DNA of 64,000 nucleotides from an uncultured Planctomycetaceae bacterium (GTDB lineage Bacteria > Planctomycetota > Planctomycetia > Planctomycetales > Planctomycetaceae): the NCBI GenBank assembly GCA_963976765.1, contig CAXBME010000009.1, forward strand, positions 124,001 through 188,000. Direction: 5' to 3'. Positions 40,580 through 50,280 of this stretch are shown here, piece after piece (position 1 is the stretch's first letter; each line of letters begins with the position of its first letter). The position numbers and the translations under genes were made by a program. A model generated the notes under the pieces. The model was not told the DNA's origin. It saw nothing but the letters and a program-made list of their open reading frames with translations, and ran no database searches.

Positions 40580-41793
40580 GGTCGTGAAAACTCCCGATAA
40601 ACTTGCAGAATCTGACCGACAAGCAGCTGCAGATTGCGTGCGTCACCAAAATCTGGCTGCCGTTCACGCCGGCGCCCCTCGATCACCCAGCGTGCCTCCC
40701 GGACAACTCTGCTTTCGGCATGACAACGCGTCATCAATTCAGCGACATTGATGAGCAACGCGCTGCGCAGAGGGTCTCGATCACTCGTGGCCGCATCACG
40801 AATGCGCTGGATGACCTCCTGGTCGTAGAGTAGATTCAGTCGGTCGAGTTTCGCCGTCAGCGATCGCTCCTGACCTCTCACCGACTCTGCGCGGCGAAGA
40901 TCAGTAGTGATTTCATGCCTCACTTCCGCGTAGTTACCCGGTGCTCCCGATACCGTAGGCGGCGCGGCTGCTGGGCACACGGAATCAGCGATGCTTTGGC
41001 GAAGGAATCGACGAACGAGGTCTTTGTCCTGCAGATCCACCGCCGTGCGAATTTCGTTCAGGTCACTTGAAGCGGGCTGCCAGGCAAACATCAAATCTGT
41101 GTCAAAACCAAGGACGGAATCCGCTCGATAGATCAACCGGCGAATCGAAACCATCTCTTCAGATACTTCATTCCTGATCGATGATAGATTCCAGCCGGCA
41201 AGAACGATTTGAGTCGGGTTTCGGGCTATATCCGCTCGTTGTTTTCCTCCCGGTTCACCGCTGCGAATTTCTGCTGGGCGTCCAAACAACAACCGCAGTT
41301 GAGGGCCTTTCATGGCAGCAAGGCCAGCGGCCAACGTAGCAGGAATTCCAAGCGTCCGAAGAACTGCCAGATCGCTTAAGCTGAACGCAGCGACAACCTT
41401 TTTCCTCAGCGAAATTGACGCCGACTTTGTCGTCGAGTCGCTCAATGCCCTGAACACCGCTGGCTCTTGAGAAACTGGCAGAACACCATTGGCCATCACC
41501 AGTTCGAGCGGCAAGTCGACGCTTTCATCGAATGATGCCGCGAATTGAGCCTCTGACCTGTTCAAAAGCGGATGAAGGTCTACGTTTTCACCCACTCGGA
41601 CACACACGCCCGACTGAATTAAGGTTGCGACATCAAATTCACTGTGAAGCGCATCACGAAGATCAGCGGGATCGCATGTCAGACGTCTGACGCTCGAATC
41701 AGCACCGAGAAACTCCCAGCATACAGGAAGTGAAAGAGGCTCGGTCTGAGCAAATACGAATTGGAGAACTGATTCGATAGCCAAGTCGTCCAT
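40573..41793 (-). CDS. degenerate DnaG/TOPRIM-like protein
   Basis: L..EFDVATLIQSGV and KVVAAFSLSDLAVLRTLGIPATLAAGL..QIVLAGW resemble the DnaG core, but the catalytic Glu and DxD are absent. GGAAGG RBS. Confidence 0.5.
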   Translation of the reverse strand: MDDLAIESVLQFVFAQTEPLSLPVCWEFLGADSSVRRLTCDPADLRDALHSEFDVATLIQSGVCVRVGENVDLHPLLNRSEAQFAASFDESVDLPLELVMANGVLPVSQEPAVFRALSDSTTKSASISLRKKVVAAFSLSDLAVLRTLGIPATLAAGLAAMKGPQLRLLFGRPAEIRSGEPGGKQRADIARNPTQIVLAGWNLSSIRNEVSEEMVSIRRLIYRADSVLGFDTDLMFAWQPASSDLNEIRTAVDLQDKDLVRRFLRQSIADSVCPAAAPPTVSGAPGNYAEVRHEITTDLRRAESVRGQERSLTAKLDRLNLLYDQEVIQRIRDAATSDRDPLRSALLINVAELMTRCHAESRVVREARWVIEGRRRERQPDFGDARNLQLLVGQILQVYREFSRPC

Positions 41794-41810
41794 GATACCT
41801 TCCCTGGCAA

Positions 41811-41845
41811 CAAGTAACCTGTCGTGTTAGTTTTTATGTTACTTG
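41811..41845. promoter_or_regulatory. inverted repeat, operator candidate between divergent genes
   Basis: CAAGTAAC-N19-GTTACTTG in an AT-rich 106-bp gap. Confidence 0.4.
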
Positions 41846-41899
41846 CTGACCTGTTCGTGTCAAGCATGATGCTGCCACCACACTTTCCCGAGAGCTTTC

Positions 41900-42544
41900 A
41901 TGCCCGAATCCAATTCAGAACTCACCCGACAACGCTTCCAACAGTTACTCAATGACCTTTCTGAAATGGGACTAACGCAGCGAGAGATCGCGGACAGGGT
42001 CAACATCCCGCCTCAATACGTTTCGAATCTGAAGACCGGCCAGCGAGAGATGAAGGAGCTGGTGGCGCGGCGATTTGGAACCGTCTTTGGATATAACTAC
42101 GAGTGGCTGCTCGGAAACTCAGACAAGAGGAATGCACTGACGATCGCGTCGACTCTCACGGAGTCATTGAGCCGGAAGTTCCCGGTGCTGGATCTTCTGA
42201 TTGAAGGCGATCCTCAATCGAATGAAGACTGGGACGGTACATTCGCTGAATTGAGCGGCGCGGCAGCGGTGCGAGTCCGAAGCTGTCATACTCCATACGT
42301 GCTGAGATGCTCCATTGACGATCTCCAAGGAAGAATTCGACAGCGCGATCTACTTCTCATTTCGCAGGAAGCGCGTGAGGACGCCGAAATCCATGTTGTT
42401 CGCCATCGAAAACGACTCGTACTCGCCCGTGCAGGAGCGGAAGGACGCTACCAGCGAGTCAGCGATGGGCAGGAACTGACTGCAGAATGCACCGTGGTCG
42501 CACATTGCGTGGGGATCGTCTGGGCATCGCTGGTCGGTAGTTGA
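41900..42544 (+). CDS. XRE/CI-like repressor (HTH + degenerate S24-like domain)
   Basis: GLTQREIADRVNIPPQYVSNLKTG..YEWLL. The C-terminal YVLR..D....I..RDLLLI..VVAHCVGIV lacks the GDSM serine. Confidence 0.8.
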   Translation: MPESNSELTRQRFQQLLNDLSEMGLTQREIADRVNIPPQYVSNLKTGQREMKELVARRFGTVFGYNYEWLLGNSDKRNALTIASTLTESLSRKFPVLDLLIEGDPQSNEDWDGTFAELSGAAAVRVRSCHTPYVLRCSIDDLQGRIRQRDLLLISQEAREDAEIHVVRHRKRLVLARAGAEGRYQRVSDGQELTAECTVVAHCVGIVWASLVGS

Positions 42545-42837
42545 GTTGCCTCTCACTTCGTTGAAGTCAGGCCGCCCCAACCGTTCGTCGGCGAGAATCC
42601 CGGGGAAACTCACAGCACATGTCCGCTTAAACAACTTTGACGGGCCTCAATACGTAAAAAACCTGAATAAACGCGAAAAACGGGGCATAATGAAGTAGTG
42701 AGGCTCCGGTTAGATCTCACACCTCAGGTATTCGAGCCTGCAGCTCACATGGGTACGTCGACTTCGTCTTCCCGACTTACGGTTGAAGACTGATGTCTGC
42801 CACGTGCTTCAACACCTCGCTCTCGAAGGAGACCAGC

Positions 42838-43710
42838 ATGAAACGATTGCGGAAGAAGTGCGCGCCGATTGAGAATGCGTCCGACTTTTCAGAGTCGTCG
42901 CCGGCGGCCTCGCGCGCCGCGTGGACTGGTTGTCTCAGGATTGGAGCCATCATCGCGCACGTGCGTGCTTATCCATCCGCGAAGGATGATGATGGACCTG
43001 AACTGCACCAGTTTCACCGAGGCTGCGGTAAGCGGATTCAGTGTCCCCGGATGTGCCCGAAGCACGGAACTCTCGCCAGTGAAGATATCGTCAAAGGCAT
43101 TGAGTCCGCGAATGGAAAACCGATTCTTATGGATGAAGACTCTCTGCGACGTCTTCGTCCGCCAAAGGATGAAGAACTTGTACTCGAACGATTCGTCGCT
43201 GCGGCAGACATTGATCCAGTGATGTATTCGGGCCGGCACCTCTACATAGCCCCGGCTTCGAAAGTGGCTGCCGCGCCGTTTGGCTTGATGGCCGGGACTC
43301 TCTCCAGACTCGGGAAGCTGGGAGTCGGACAACTCACCGTAAACGGACGAAAGAGTCTGGTTGCCGTGATGACTCGGGCTCAGCGATTGACGCTTCATTT
43401 TCTCCATTACCCAGGACAGATTCGCTCAGTCCCAGCCTTCGATGTGGTGACTGAGGATGCGAGCTTCGGTGCGCCGCTGGTTGAACAGTTTGTCAACGAG
43501 CGAAACAGCCACGTTGACTGGTCGGGCTATCAGGACCCTGTCCCTGGAATCGTGGACGAACTGATCAACACCCACAGCTCAACGCGTCGAGGTCGGCGAA
43601 AGTCGACACCACGGGCGACCGCCACCAAGTCGGACAAGTGCAACCCGACGAAGGCGACTACCTCAAGTCTGACCGGCAGGAAGTCGTCTGTTCGTAGAAA
43701 CAGCCGATGA
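42838..43710 (+). CDS. ku: Ku DNA end-binding protein
   Basis: RAAWTGCLRIG, LHQFH..CGKRI...MC, EDIVKG.E, ERFV...DIDP.MY, LHFLHYP.QIR, YQD, basic tail. GAAGGAG RBS before ATG 42838. Confidence 0.85.
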   Translation: MKRLRKKCAPIENASDFSESSPAASRAAWTGCLRIGAIIAHVRAYPSAKDDDGPELHQFHRGCGKRIQCPRMCPKHGTLASEDIVKGIESANGKPILMDEDSLRRLRPPKDEELVLERFVAAADIDPVMYSGRHLYIAPASKVAAAPFGLMAGTLSRLGKLGVGQLTVNGRKSLVAVMTRAQRLTLHFLHYPGQIRSVPAFDVVTEDASFGAPLVEQFVNERNSHVDWSGYQDPVPGIVDELINTHSSTRRGRRKSTPRATATKSDKCNPTKATTSSLTGRKSSVRRNSR

Positions 43711-44531
43711 AAGAAACGTCTCCACCCACTCCCGCGTTATCCCTGACGCCATCAACCTTTCGCCTGAGACGAAGAACACCAGGCTCTTTTCTGCTGATTC
43801 CATCGGTCCGTGAAGGACGTTGCATTCGCTGTCAGGGACAACTTGAAGGAAAGGCCGCACTGATTTTGGCCGCATGCCCATCCGTGACGTTGCTGCAGGA
43901 GCAACCAGGCCAAATCTGGTACGAATGGGATACGACTTCCAACGATGTGATCCGACTCTTTGACGAACCTCAACGGTTGAGTCGCCGTAAGTGTCGCCTG
44001 CGAACCAGCTACATCGTTCCCGACTTTCTTGTCGAAACTCGACGGCACAAACGACTGATTGAAGTCAAACCATCCAGGCGGCTGCACAAACCGGACACTG
44101 TGCGCAAGCTTTCGGTCGCTCGACTCTATGCGCAACAGAACGAAATGACATTTCACGTCCTGACTGAGCGGCATCTGTCGCGTCAGCCTCTGCTGGACAA
44201 CGTCCGACAGCTCAGTCGCTACTCCAGATTTGAATCCGACCACTGTCTCGTGAGGGCAATCATCGACGGCGTTTCCCGTGATGGAACGTCGACCCGCCAG
44301 TTGGTGACACAACTTGATCAGCCTGATTCAGTCCTGACGTGGCACATCCTCTTCCTGCTGGCAACCCACGAGGTAAGCACCGACCTGATTCAGCACTCGT
44401 TGAATACTGACTATCACCTCTATCCGAAAGGAGTTCTTGAATGGGATCCGTTCGAATCAGTGTGGGCACCGAATGGCTCGCTGACGGACGGGTCTGGCGA
44501 GTTGTTCGACAACCCAGCCCTGAAGTGCTGA
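43707..44531 (+). CDS. tnsA: TnsA-like endonuclease
   Basis: LE, EQP..I.Y, YIVPDFLV, LIEVKP, F.VLTE motifs (PD-(D/E)xK); C-terminal wHTH. Confidence 0.85.
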   Translation: MKETSPPTPALSLTPSTFRLRRRTPGSFLLIPSVREGRCIRCQGQLEGKAALILAACPSVTLLQEQPGQIWYEWDTTSNDVIRLFDEPQRLSRRKCRLRTSYIVPDFLVETRRHKRLIEVKPSRRLHKPDTVRKLSVARLYAQQNEMTFHVLTERHLSRQPLLDNVRQLSRYSRFESDHCLVRAIIDGVSRDGTSTRQLVTQLDQPDSVLTWHILFLLATHEVSTDLIQHSLNTDYHLYPKGVLEWDPFESVWAPNGSLTDGSGELFDNPALKC

Positions 44532-46480
44532 TCGCCAAGGAACACAAATCAGCCACGGAAATGGAATTGCATCTCGATGAAGTCCTTCGTGAATTCACGA
44601 GCGGGAGACTGAGTCTTCTCGACACCACTCCAGACAGCTCGACGAGCGTGGTGTCCAGAACCCGCGACATTCGTGATCTTCCGGTGAAACAGCGTGAGAT
44701 TGTGGAACAGCGCTGGAACATGATCGAGCCCCTTACAACGATGGAATGCAGTCCGACCAATACAGACTTTGAAGTCAGGGCCACGCAACTGCGGCAGGAA
44801 GGAATCAACACGTCCCGAGCATCACTCCGACGATACTACTCGGCATGGAAGGATTCAGGTGGAGATCCACGAGCAATTACTCCCCGCCTGGGACGATGCG
44901 GAGGACGTGGCCGGTCGCGACGGGACAGTCAACTGGCTCAGTATCCAATGCTCAATCGATTCGTTGAGAACAGCATCCGTGATGTCTATCTCACCACGGC
45001 ACGGCGTCCAATCTCAGCGGCGGTCCGACGAGTTCTGGAAGACGTTCAGCGACTGAATTCACGATTGCCTTCGGACAAAGCGTTACCGGTTCCACGGGAG
45101 CGGTCACTCTCTCGGGCCATTGCTCGAAGGATCGAGCGGATGGATCCGTGGGAAGTCGACCGGCAGCGGTGGGGAAAGCGGATCGCTGATCAACGACACG
45201 CGCCTCGGACTCCCCAGTCCATGGCTCGCCGGATTCTGGAGCGGGTCGAGGTCGACCATTCGCCGCTGAAGGTTGTCGTTGGCACGCAGGCCGGTCCGAT
45301 TGGGCAACCGTGGCTGACCGTACTGATTGACTACTACAGCCGGATGATTGTCGGCTTCTGTCTCGGGTTTGATCCGCCCTCGTACGCTGTGCTGATGGAA
45401 TCCTTACGCCACTCCATTCTCCCAAAGACTGAGGCCGCCTCAACTTATCCATCAGTAAAAGGCAGCTGGCCGTGTTTCGGAATTCCCGAGATGATCGTTT
45501 GTGACCGGGGAACGGACCTGACAAGTAACGATCTGGAAAATGCCGCGTTTCAACTGGGCATCGTGCTCGACTTCAACCCGCCGCGCACGCCGCATATGAA
45601 GGGATGCGTCGAATCATTCTTTGGAGGACTGAACGACCAGTTGATCTCTGCACTGCCGGGGCGAACATTTCGCAGCTGGGAGAAACGGGCCGACTACAAC
45701 GCTGACGACGGGCCGTTGCTGCCCTATGAATCGCTGCTGGAAATCATCCACGTCTATCTCATCGACGTCTACGCCCTGTCGAAACATCCGACCATTCCAC
45801 AGACCCGACTTGAGGTTTGGCAGGACAGTGCCGCCGAGTATCCGCCGTTTTTGCCGGGTTCGCCAGAAGACCTCGTCGTGCTGCTGTCGAAGCGGGCCGA
45901 GCGGACACTTTCGACACGCGGCATCGAACTCGGTGGCATGTTCTATATCAGCGACGATCTGATGGCACTACGCGCCGATCTCGCAGCAAACAATCTCAGC
46001 TCAGACCGCATGACGGTGCGGTACAACCCCTGGAACCTTGGCTCGATCCGTGTGCTGAATCCAATTGACGGTTCGTACATTCGCGCGAACGCTGTGGATG
46101 AGACTCTCGAAGGAATGACGGAGTTTCAGTGGAAAGTTCTGAAGCGTGCAGTGAGGGAGCGATTCGATTCGCCGGATTACCAGATGTCACTGGCCGAGGG
46201 TCGGAACGTCATCCGTGACATCGCCGAAACCACAATGAAGAAACCGTCGAAACGAAGGCGAACGAAGGCCGCCCGTTTTCTGGGCGAATCGCGTTCGGCC
46301 AACATGGATGATACGACTGCTACCTCTCAGATCGTCGCGGCTTCGTCAGCATCAGACACTGCCAGCAAAATTCTAACCAAGCCGGACGCTGTGACTTCAC
46401 AGCCTGCCGACGCCGACACGGATTGCGAATTTGATGACCTTGATCTCGACAACTGGGAGGTTGATACGACCAGCACCTGA
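44441..46480 (+). CDS. tnsB: TnsB/TniA DDE transposase
   Basis: VEVDHS (D), PWLTVLIDYYSR, IVCDRG (D), KGCVESFF (E), Mu-type C-terminus VRYNPWNLG. AGGAG RBS. Confidence 0.92.
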   Translation: MGSVRISVGTEWLADGRVWRVVRQPSPEVLIAKEHKSATEMELHLDEVLREFTSGRLSLLDTTPDSSTSVVSRTRDIRDLPVKQREIVEQRWNMIEPLTTMECSPTNTDFEVRATQLRQEGINTSRASLRRYYSAWKDSGGDPRAITPRLGRCGGRGRSRRDSQLAQYPMLNRFVENSIRDVYLTTARRPISAAVRRVLEDVQRLNSRLPSDKALPVPRERSLSRAIARRIERMDPWEVDRQRWGKRIADQRHAPRTPQSMARRILERVEVDHSPLKVVVGTQAGPIGQPWLTVLIDYYSRMIVGFCLGFDPPSYAVLMESLRHSILPKTEAASTYPSVKGSWPCFGIPEMIVCDRGTDLTSNDLENAAFQLGIVLDFNPPRTPHMKGCVESFFGGLNDQLISALPGRTFRSWEKRADYNADDGPLLPYESLLEIIHVYLIDVYALSKHPTIPQTRLEVWQDSAAEYPPFLPGSPEDLVVLLSKRAERTLSTRGIELGGMFYISDDLMALRADLAANNLSSDRMTVRYNPWNLGSIRVLNPIDGSYIRANAVDETLEGMTEFQWKVLKRAVRERFDSPDYQMSLAEGRNVIRDIAETTMKKPSKRRRTKAARFLGESRSANMDDTTATSQIVAASSASDTASKILTKPDAVTSQPADADTDCEFDDLDLDNWEVDTTST

Positions 46481-46506
46481 CACTTCGTCCTAACAGGAAA
46501 ACAGCC

Positions 46507-47538
46507 ATGGCCACATCGCCTGACCGAAAGAAATGGAAGACGATGGCGGCTGAGGATCGGATCGCCGCCGTCAATACGCTGCTGGTGCTGCATCCGCGCT
46601 TCCGAGATGCGGTCGATCTCCTGAAACGCTGCCACGAAGACAGTCGGCGATCTGCAGAGCCAGTCTGCGGAGCATTGCTCGGAGCCTCGGGTGTCGGCAA
46701 GACCACGGTGATTGACCACTACCGGCGGTCATTCCCGGTGGAAGAAACCGAAACTGCCACGCTTCAACGCGTACTGAAAGTGACACTCCAACCCAATGCG
46801 AAGCCGAAAGGCATTGCTGCCGACATTCTTTTCGCATTGCGGGACCCGGCATGGAGTTCCGGCACGGTCCAGACGCTGACCAACCGCGCGGTTCACCTCC
46901 TTGAACACTGCGGCGTTGAACTGATCATTCTCGATGAGTTCCACCACCTGTTCGATTCCGAACGTTCGCGCGTAATGACTCAGGCCGCTCAGTGGCTGAA
47001 AGTGCTGATCGTCAACACGCGAATTCCGGTGGTCGTGTCGGGGATGCCGGAAGCGACCTACGTGCTCAATGCGGAACACACAGAACGTCGCTTCAAGGAT
47101 CGGCTGACATTCCGTTGTTTCAACTGGCGGACTCAGCCGGGGCGGCGTGAATTCTGCGGGATGCTCAAGAAACTGGACGACACCATTCCACTGGCGAAGG
47201 TATCCGGGCTGGCGGTACCGGACCTGGCGGGTCGTATCTATTTGGCCTGCCGAGGGATTCCCGACTACCTCATGACCCTGATTCGCGGTGCGGTTTGCGA
47301 AGCGATTGAACGCGGTGCTGAAGCGATCGAGATGTCCGACCTGGCACGCGTCTACGAGTCTCGACTGACTCACCAGCGCATTATCTCAGAACAAGACAAC
47401 CCGTTTATTGGCAGTCTTGACCAAAGTGCACTGGATCGTGTCCAGCCAGCCGATGGCGTGCGCGTCGCTACCACTGGACTGACTCCTCGCGCCGCGCATC
47501 GCAGGAAGCGCGAGCTTCAGGCGGCTGACGTTCTCTGA
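46507..47538 (+). CDS. tnsC: TnsC/TniB AAA+ ATPase
   Basis: HPRF, Walker A GASGVGKT, Walker B LIILDEFHHL, PVVVSG, ERRF. Confidence 0.92.
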   Translation: MATSPDRKKWKTMAAEDRIAAVNTLLVLHPRFRDAVDLLKRCHEDSRRSAEPVCGALLGASGVGKTTVIDHYRRSFPVEETETATLQRVLKVTLQPNAKPKGIAADILFALRDPAWSSGTVQTLTNRAVHLLEHCGVELIILDEFHHLFDSERSRVMTQAAQWLKVLIVNTRIPVVVSGMPEATYVLNAEHTERRFKDRLTFRCFNWRTQPGRREFCGMLKKLDDTIPLAKVSGLAVPDLAGRIYLACRGIPDYLMTLIRGAVCEAIERGAEAIEMSDLARVYESRLTHQRIISEQDNPFIGSLDQSALDRVQPADGVRVATTGLTPRAAHRRKRELQAADVL

Positions 47539-49557
47539 ATGACCAACCGCAAGATAACCAGGGAGTTGAGCATGTCCGTTATTCCGGCAAGAGCGCCGCC
47601 TGTCGAGGGTGAATCGCTGTTGAGTGTCATTCGTCGCACGACACAGGCGATGGGATACGAAAGCACAAGCCGTATCCTCAAGCTGATCAGCCAGGCGGGT
47701 GCTGTCCCGTTCTGGCTGAATGAGATCCAGGCAGGCAGCGTCAGCGAACGACTGGCAGATCTGCTGGGGAGGACCTCCAGTGACGTGATGCGGCACACGA
47801 TTCACCGCTACTCGCAATCACTGGTCCTGACTGACGGTGAAGGTCCAGCTCCGCAGGTGTGCGACAACAAAACCAGGCTTCGTTACTTCGACCCGCAGGC
47901 ACGCGTTTGCCCGCAGTGCCTCGGTGATTCGTCAAATCCGTTCGAAAGACTGATCTGGTCATTCCGCCCGGCGCCAGTATGCGTCGACCATGGAACGCTG
48001 CTGCTGTCCCGTTGCTCAGCCTGCAGTAAGCCGATTCCCAACGCTCGGCCATGCAATGCAGAATGCCGCTGTGGGCACCGTCTGGATCAACTCTGCGTTG
48101 AGCAACCAGACGACGAGCTCGTCCGGCCGATCCGAATGCTCCTCGCTGCTTTGGACACCGGCCAGCGAATGATTCCCAACGCGTCGTTGCCAGCGGCGTT
48201 CTTCTGGCTCGAACGGATGACTCGGGCAGTCGACCAATGCGCTGCCTGGAAGCAACAACTGCGAACCACGTGGAATCTCGGCAGTGCTTACACGGATGAA
48301 ACGATTTCCTGGCTGGCTGCCGCGAGCATCATCGAGCGCTGGCCTGATGGTCTGTTCGAATTCCTCGATACCTACGTTCGCCAACCAAAATACTGCCAGA
48401 CGGCAACCGGACTGGGAAGAAGACTCGGACGGCTGCATCACCACGCCAGTGAGCTTGAGGGACTTGGTCACAGCGGGCCGGCTGACGCGATGCGTGAGTA
48501 TCTCTCACAGCGATACTCGGCCGGGCATATCAATGGAAAGGTTTGTCTCTTTCAAGGACTCGGTACGCCGTTGCTGGCCGATCAGGACTGGATGACCAGG
48601 ACTCTGGCTGCAGCGGAACTGAAGGTCAGTGTCGCGGCTGTTTCTCGACTGGTCACTGATGGTGTTCTGAACGGTGAGATTCACATGGCCGGCCACAACG
48701 GAAAGTCCATCGGAGTGGTCGCTCGCGCTTCACTGGATCGACTGAAACGACAACTCGTTTCGTCAATCACCTCGACGGAAGCGGCGACGCGTCTGGGAAT
48801 CCATCGGCACCGAGTCGCCGAACTGATTCGTACTGATGTCCTGAAAGGAGCCGTGCGTGTTAAAGGAAGCTGGCATATCCCGATGCAGTCACTCGATGAC
48901 GTCCTGCGGCTGATCTCAGACCTGCACCCCATACGGCGACTTCGACCGCCATACCTGTCACTCCGTGAGGCAACTCGACGCTTTGGCAAGCGAGGATTCA
49001 CACTCGCAGTGGCGATCCAGTTGATCAGCGACGGACTGCTGCCTGCGAAACGAGCCGTCGATGGCGACTCACTGGCTGCCGTCATCGTCAACGCGGACGA
49101 CATCGAACAATGCCGGGCTGAGATTCAACGCATGCGGGACGACCGCAAAGGCATTCCACTCAACCGTCTTGCCCAAACGCTGCTTCCCGGTCGGCCCACT
49201 AAAGAACGTGTCCTGAAGAAGTGGATCGAGACCGGACTGTTGAACGCTGATCGTTCCAGGCGTGAATCGAGTGTGACTCGCGCTGAGGTGGAACGTTTCC
49301 GGTCGACCTATTGCCTGGCAGCCGAAGCCTGCCAGATTCTGGGACTCCACCGGCGAACGCTGGGGGCCTGGGAAACCGCCGGGCATCTCACGCCGGTCTA
49401 CGGACCACGCGTCACGCCCGGCGCTGGGTTCACGGTTTACCTACGCACCGACATTGAACGGCTCAAGGATACAAGGCCGATGCGACGTCACCCGTCCGCT
49501 CAATCCAACAACAAAAATCAATCCAACCAACATCGAAAGGAGGACGCTTGCACCTGA
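47539..49557 (+). CDS. tniQ: TniQ/TnsD-like target selector with multiple C-terminal HTH repeats (alternative start 47572)
   Basis: PVEGESLLSVIRR, CPQC..W...CVDH..LL..CSAC..CRCG zinc motifs, then about five excisionase/MerR-like HTH repeats. Confidence 0.88.
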   Translation: MTNRKITRELSMSVIPARAPPVEGESLLSVIRRTTQAMGYESTSRILKLISQAGAVPFWLNEIQAGSVSERLADLLGRTSSDVMRHTIHRYSQSLVLTDGEGPAPQVCDNKTRLRYFDPQARVCPQCLGDSSNPFERLIWSFRPAPVCVDHGTLLLSRCSACSKPIPNARPCNAECRCGHRLDQLCVEQPDDELVRPIRMLLAALDTGQRMIPNASLPAAFFWLERMTRAVDQCAAWKQQLRTTWNLGSAYTDETISWLAAASIIERWPDGLFEFLDTYVRQPKYCQTATGLGRRLGRLHHHASELEGLGHSGPADAMREYLSQRYSAGHINGKVCLFQGLGTPLLADQDWMTRTLAAAELKVSVAAVSRLVTDGVLNGEIHMAGHNGKSIGVVARASLDRLKRQLVSSITSTEAATRLGIHRHRVAELIRTDVLKGAVRVKGSWHIPMQSLDDVLRLISDLHPIRRLRPPYLSLREATRRFGKRGFTLAVAIQLISDGLLPAKRAVDGDSLAAVIVNADDIEQCRAEIQRMRDDRKGIPLNRLAQTLLPGRPTKERVLKKWIETGLLNADRSRRESSVTRAEVERFRSTYCLAAEACQILGLHRRTLGAWETAGHLTPVYGPRVTPGAGFTVYLRTDIERLKDTRPMRRHPSAQSNNKNQSNQHRKEDACT

Positions 49558-49751
49558 CTCTGATCTGCTTTCTATCTGTTGCAGTGCTGTTCGCCGTCAC
49601 GGCGTTCCTGAGGGAGCGTCGTCTGCGGCTGGCTCTGCAGAAACTCATTCGCTGTCTGTTCTCCAGACGGAGGTCCAGTGAATTCACAAAGAGCACTAAC
49701 GATGATTCTGCTGGCGATGGCACTCACGCTTCAGACGGGCTGTCAGTCTGA
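49548..49751 (+). CDS. small membrane protein
   Basis: GGAGG RBS, TTG start overlapping the tniQ stop, TM followed by RERRLRLALQ. Confidence 0.55.
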   Translation: MHLTLICFLSVAVLFAVTAFLRERRLRLALQKLIRCLFSRRRSSEFTKSTNDDSAGDGTHASDGLSV

Positions 49752-50280
49752 AAGTGATCGTATCGCGGCGCTGTCACAGGAACACACGCGACTGCAGGCT
49801 GAGCAATCCCTGCGAATGGCTCAATTGCAGGAACACGTCGCGAACGGTTCCCGAGCACTTGTCGAAGCTGATGCTACCGCGAGGGGAGAAATCATCGGCC
49901 TGCAGCGTGACATCCAGTCTGAGCGGGCCGAGATCGATCATCAGCGCGACAGGCTCGAAGCCGAGCGAAAACAGATCGCCGACGAACGCCGGAGCACTCC
50001 GGTCATCTCTGCCGCAATTACCAGCATCGGCCTGCTGCTGGCCTGCCTGCTGCCACTTCTGGTGTGCCTCAAACTGCTTTCCGGCCCAGACAATCCCGTT
50101 GATGATCAGGCCGTCTTGCAGGTGCTGCTCGACGAAGGCGGTTCGCACACAAACTTGTTGACGCACTCGAACGCAGAAGGCACCGAGCGGATCGGTGACG
50201 ATCCCCGACGTGCCCTCGATCAGCAACAGACCACGGAATCCGATACCCCACACGAGGAGCCTGAATGTCCCACATCGTGA
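49678..50280 (+). CDS. lipoprotein/membrane coiled-coil protein
   Basis: GGAGG RBS, lipobox-like QTGC, coiled coil, one TM. Confidence 0.7.
   Translation: MNSQRALTMILLAMALTLQTGCQSESDRIAALSQEHTRLQAEQSLRMAQLQEHVANGSRALVEADATARGEIIGLQRDIQSERAEIDHQRDRLEAERKQIADERRSTPVISAAITSIGLLLACLLPLLVCLKLLSGPDNPVDDQAVLQVLLDEGGSHTNLLTHSNAEGTERIGDDPRRALDQQQTTESDTPHEEPECPTS

Noticed and set aside
42838..43710. Ordinary host NHEJ ku-ligD locus
   Set aside because: No ligase or PolDom gene in the window, and ku is coupled to tnsA.
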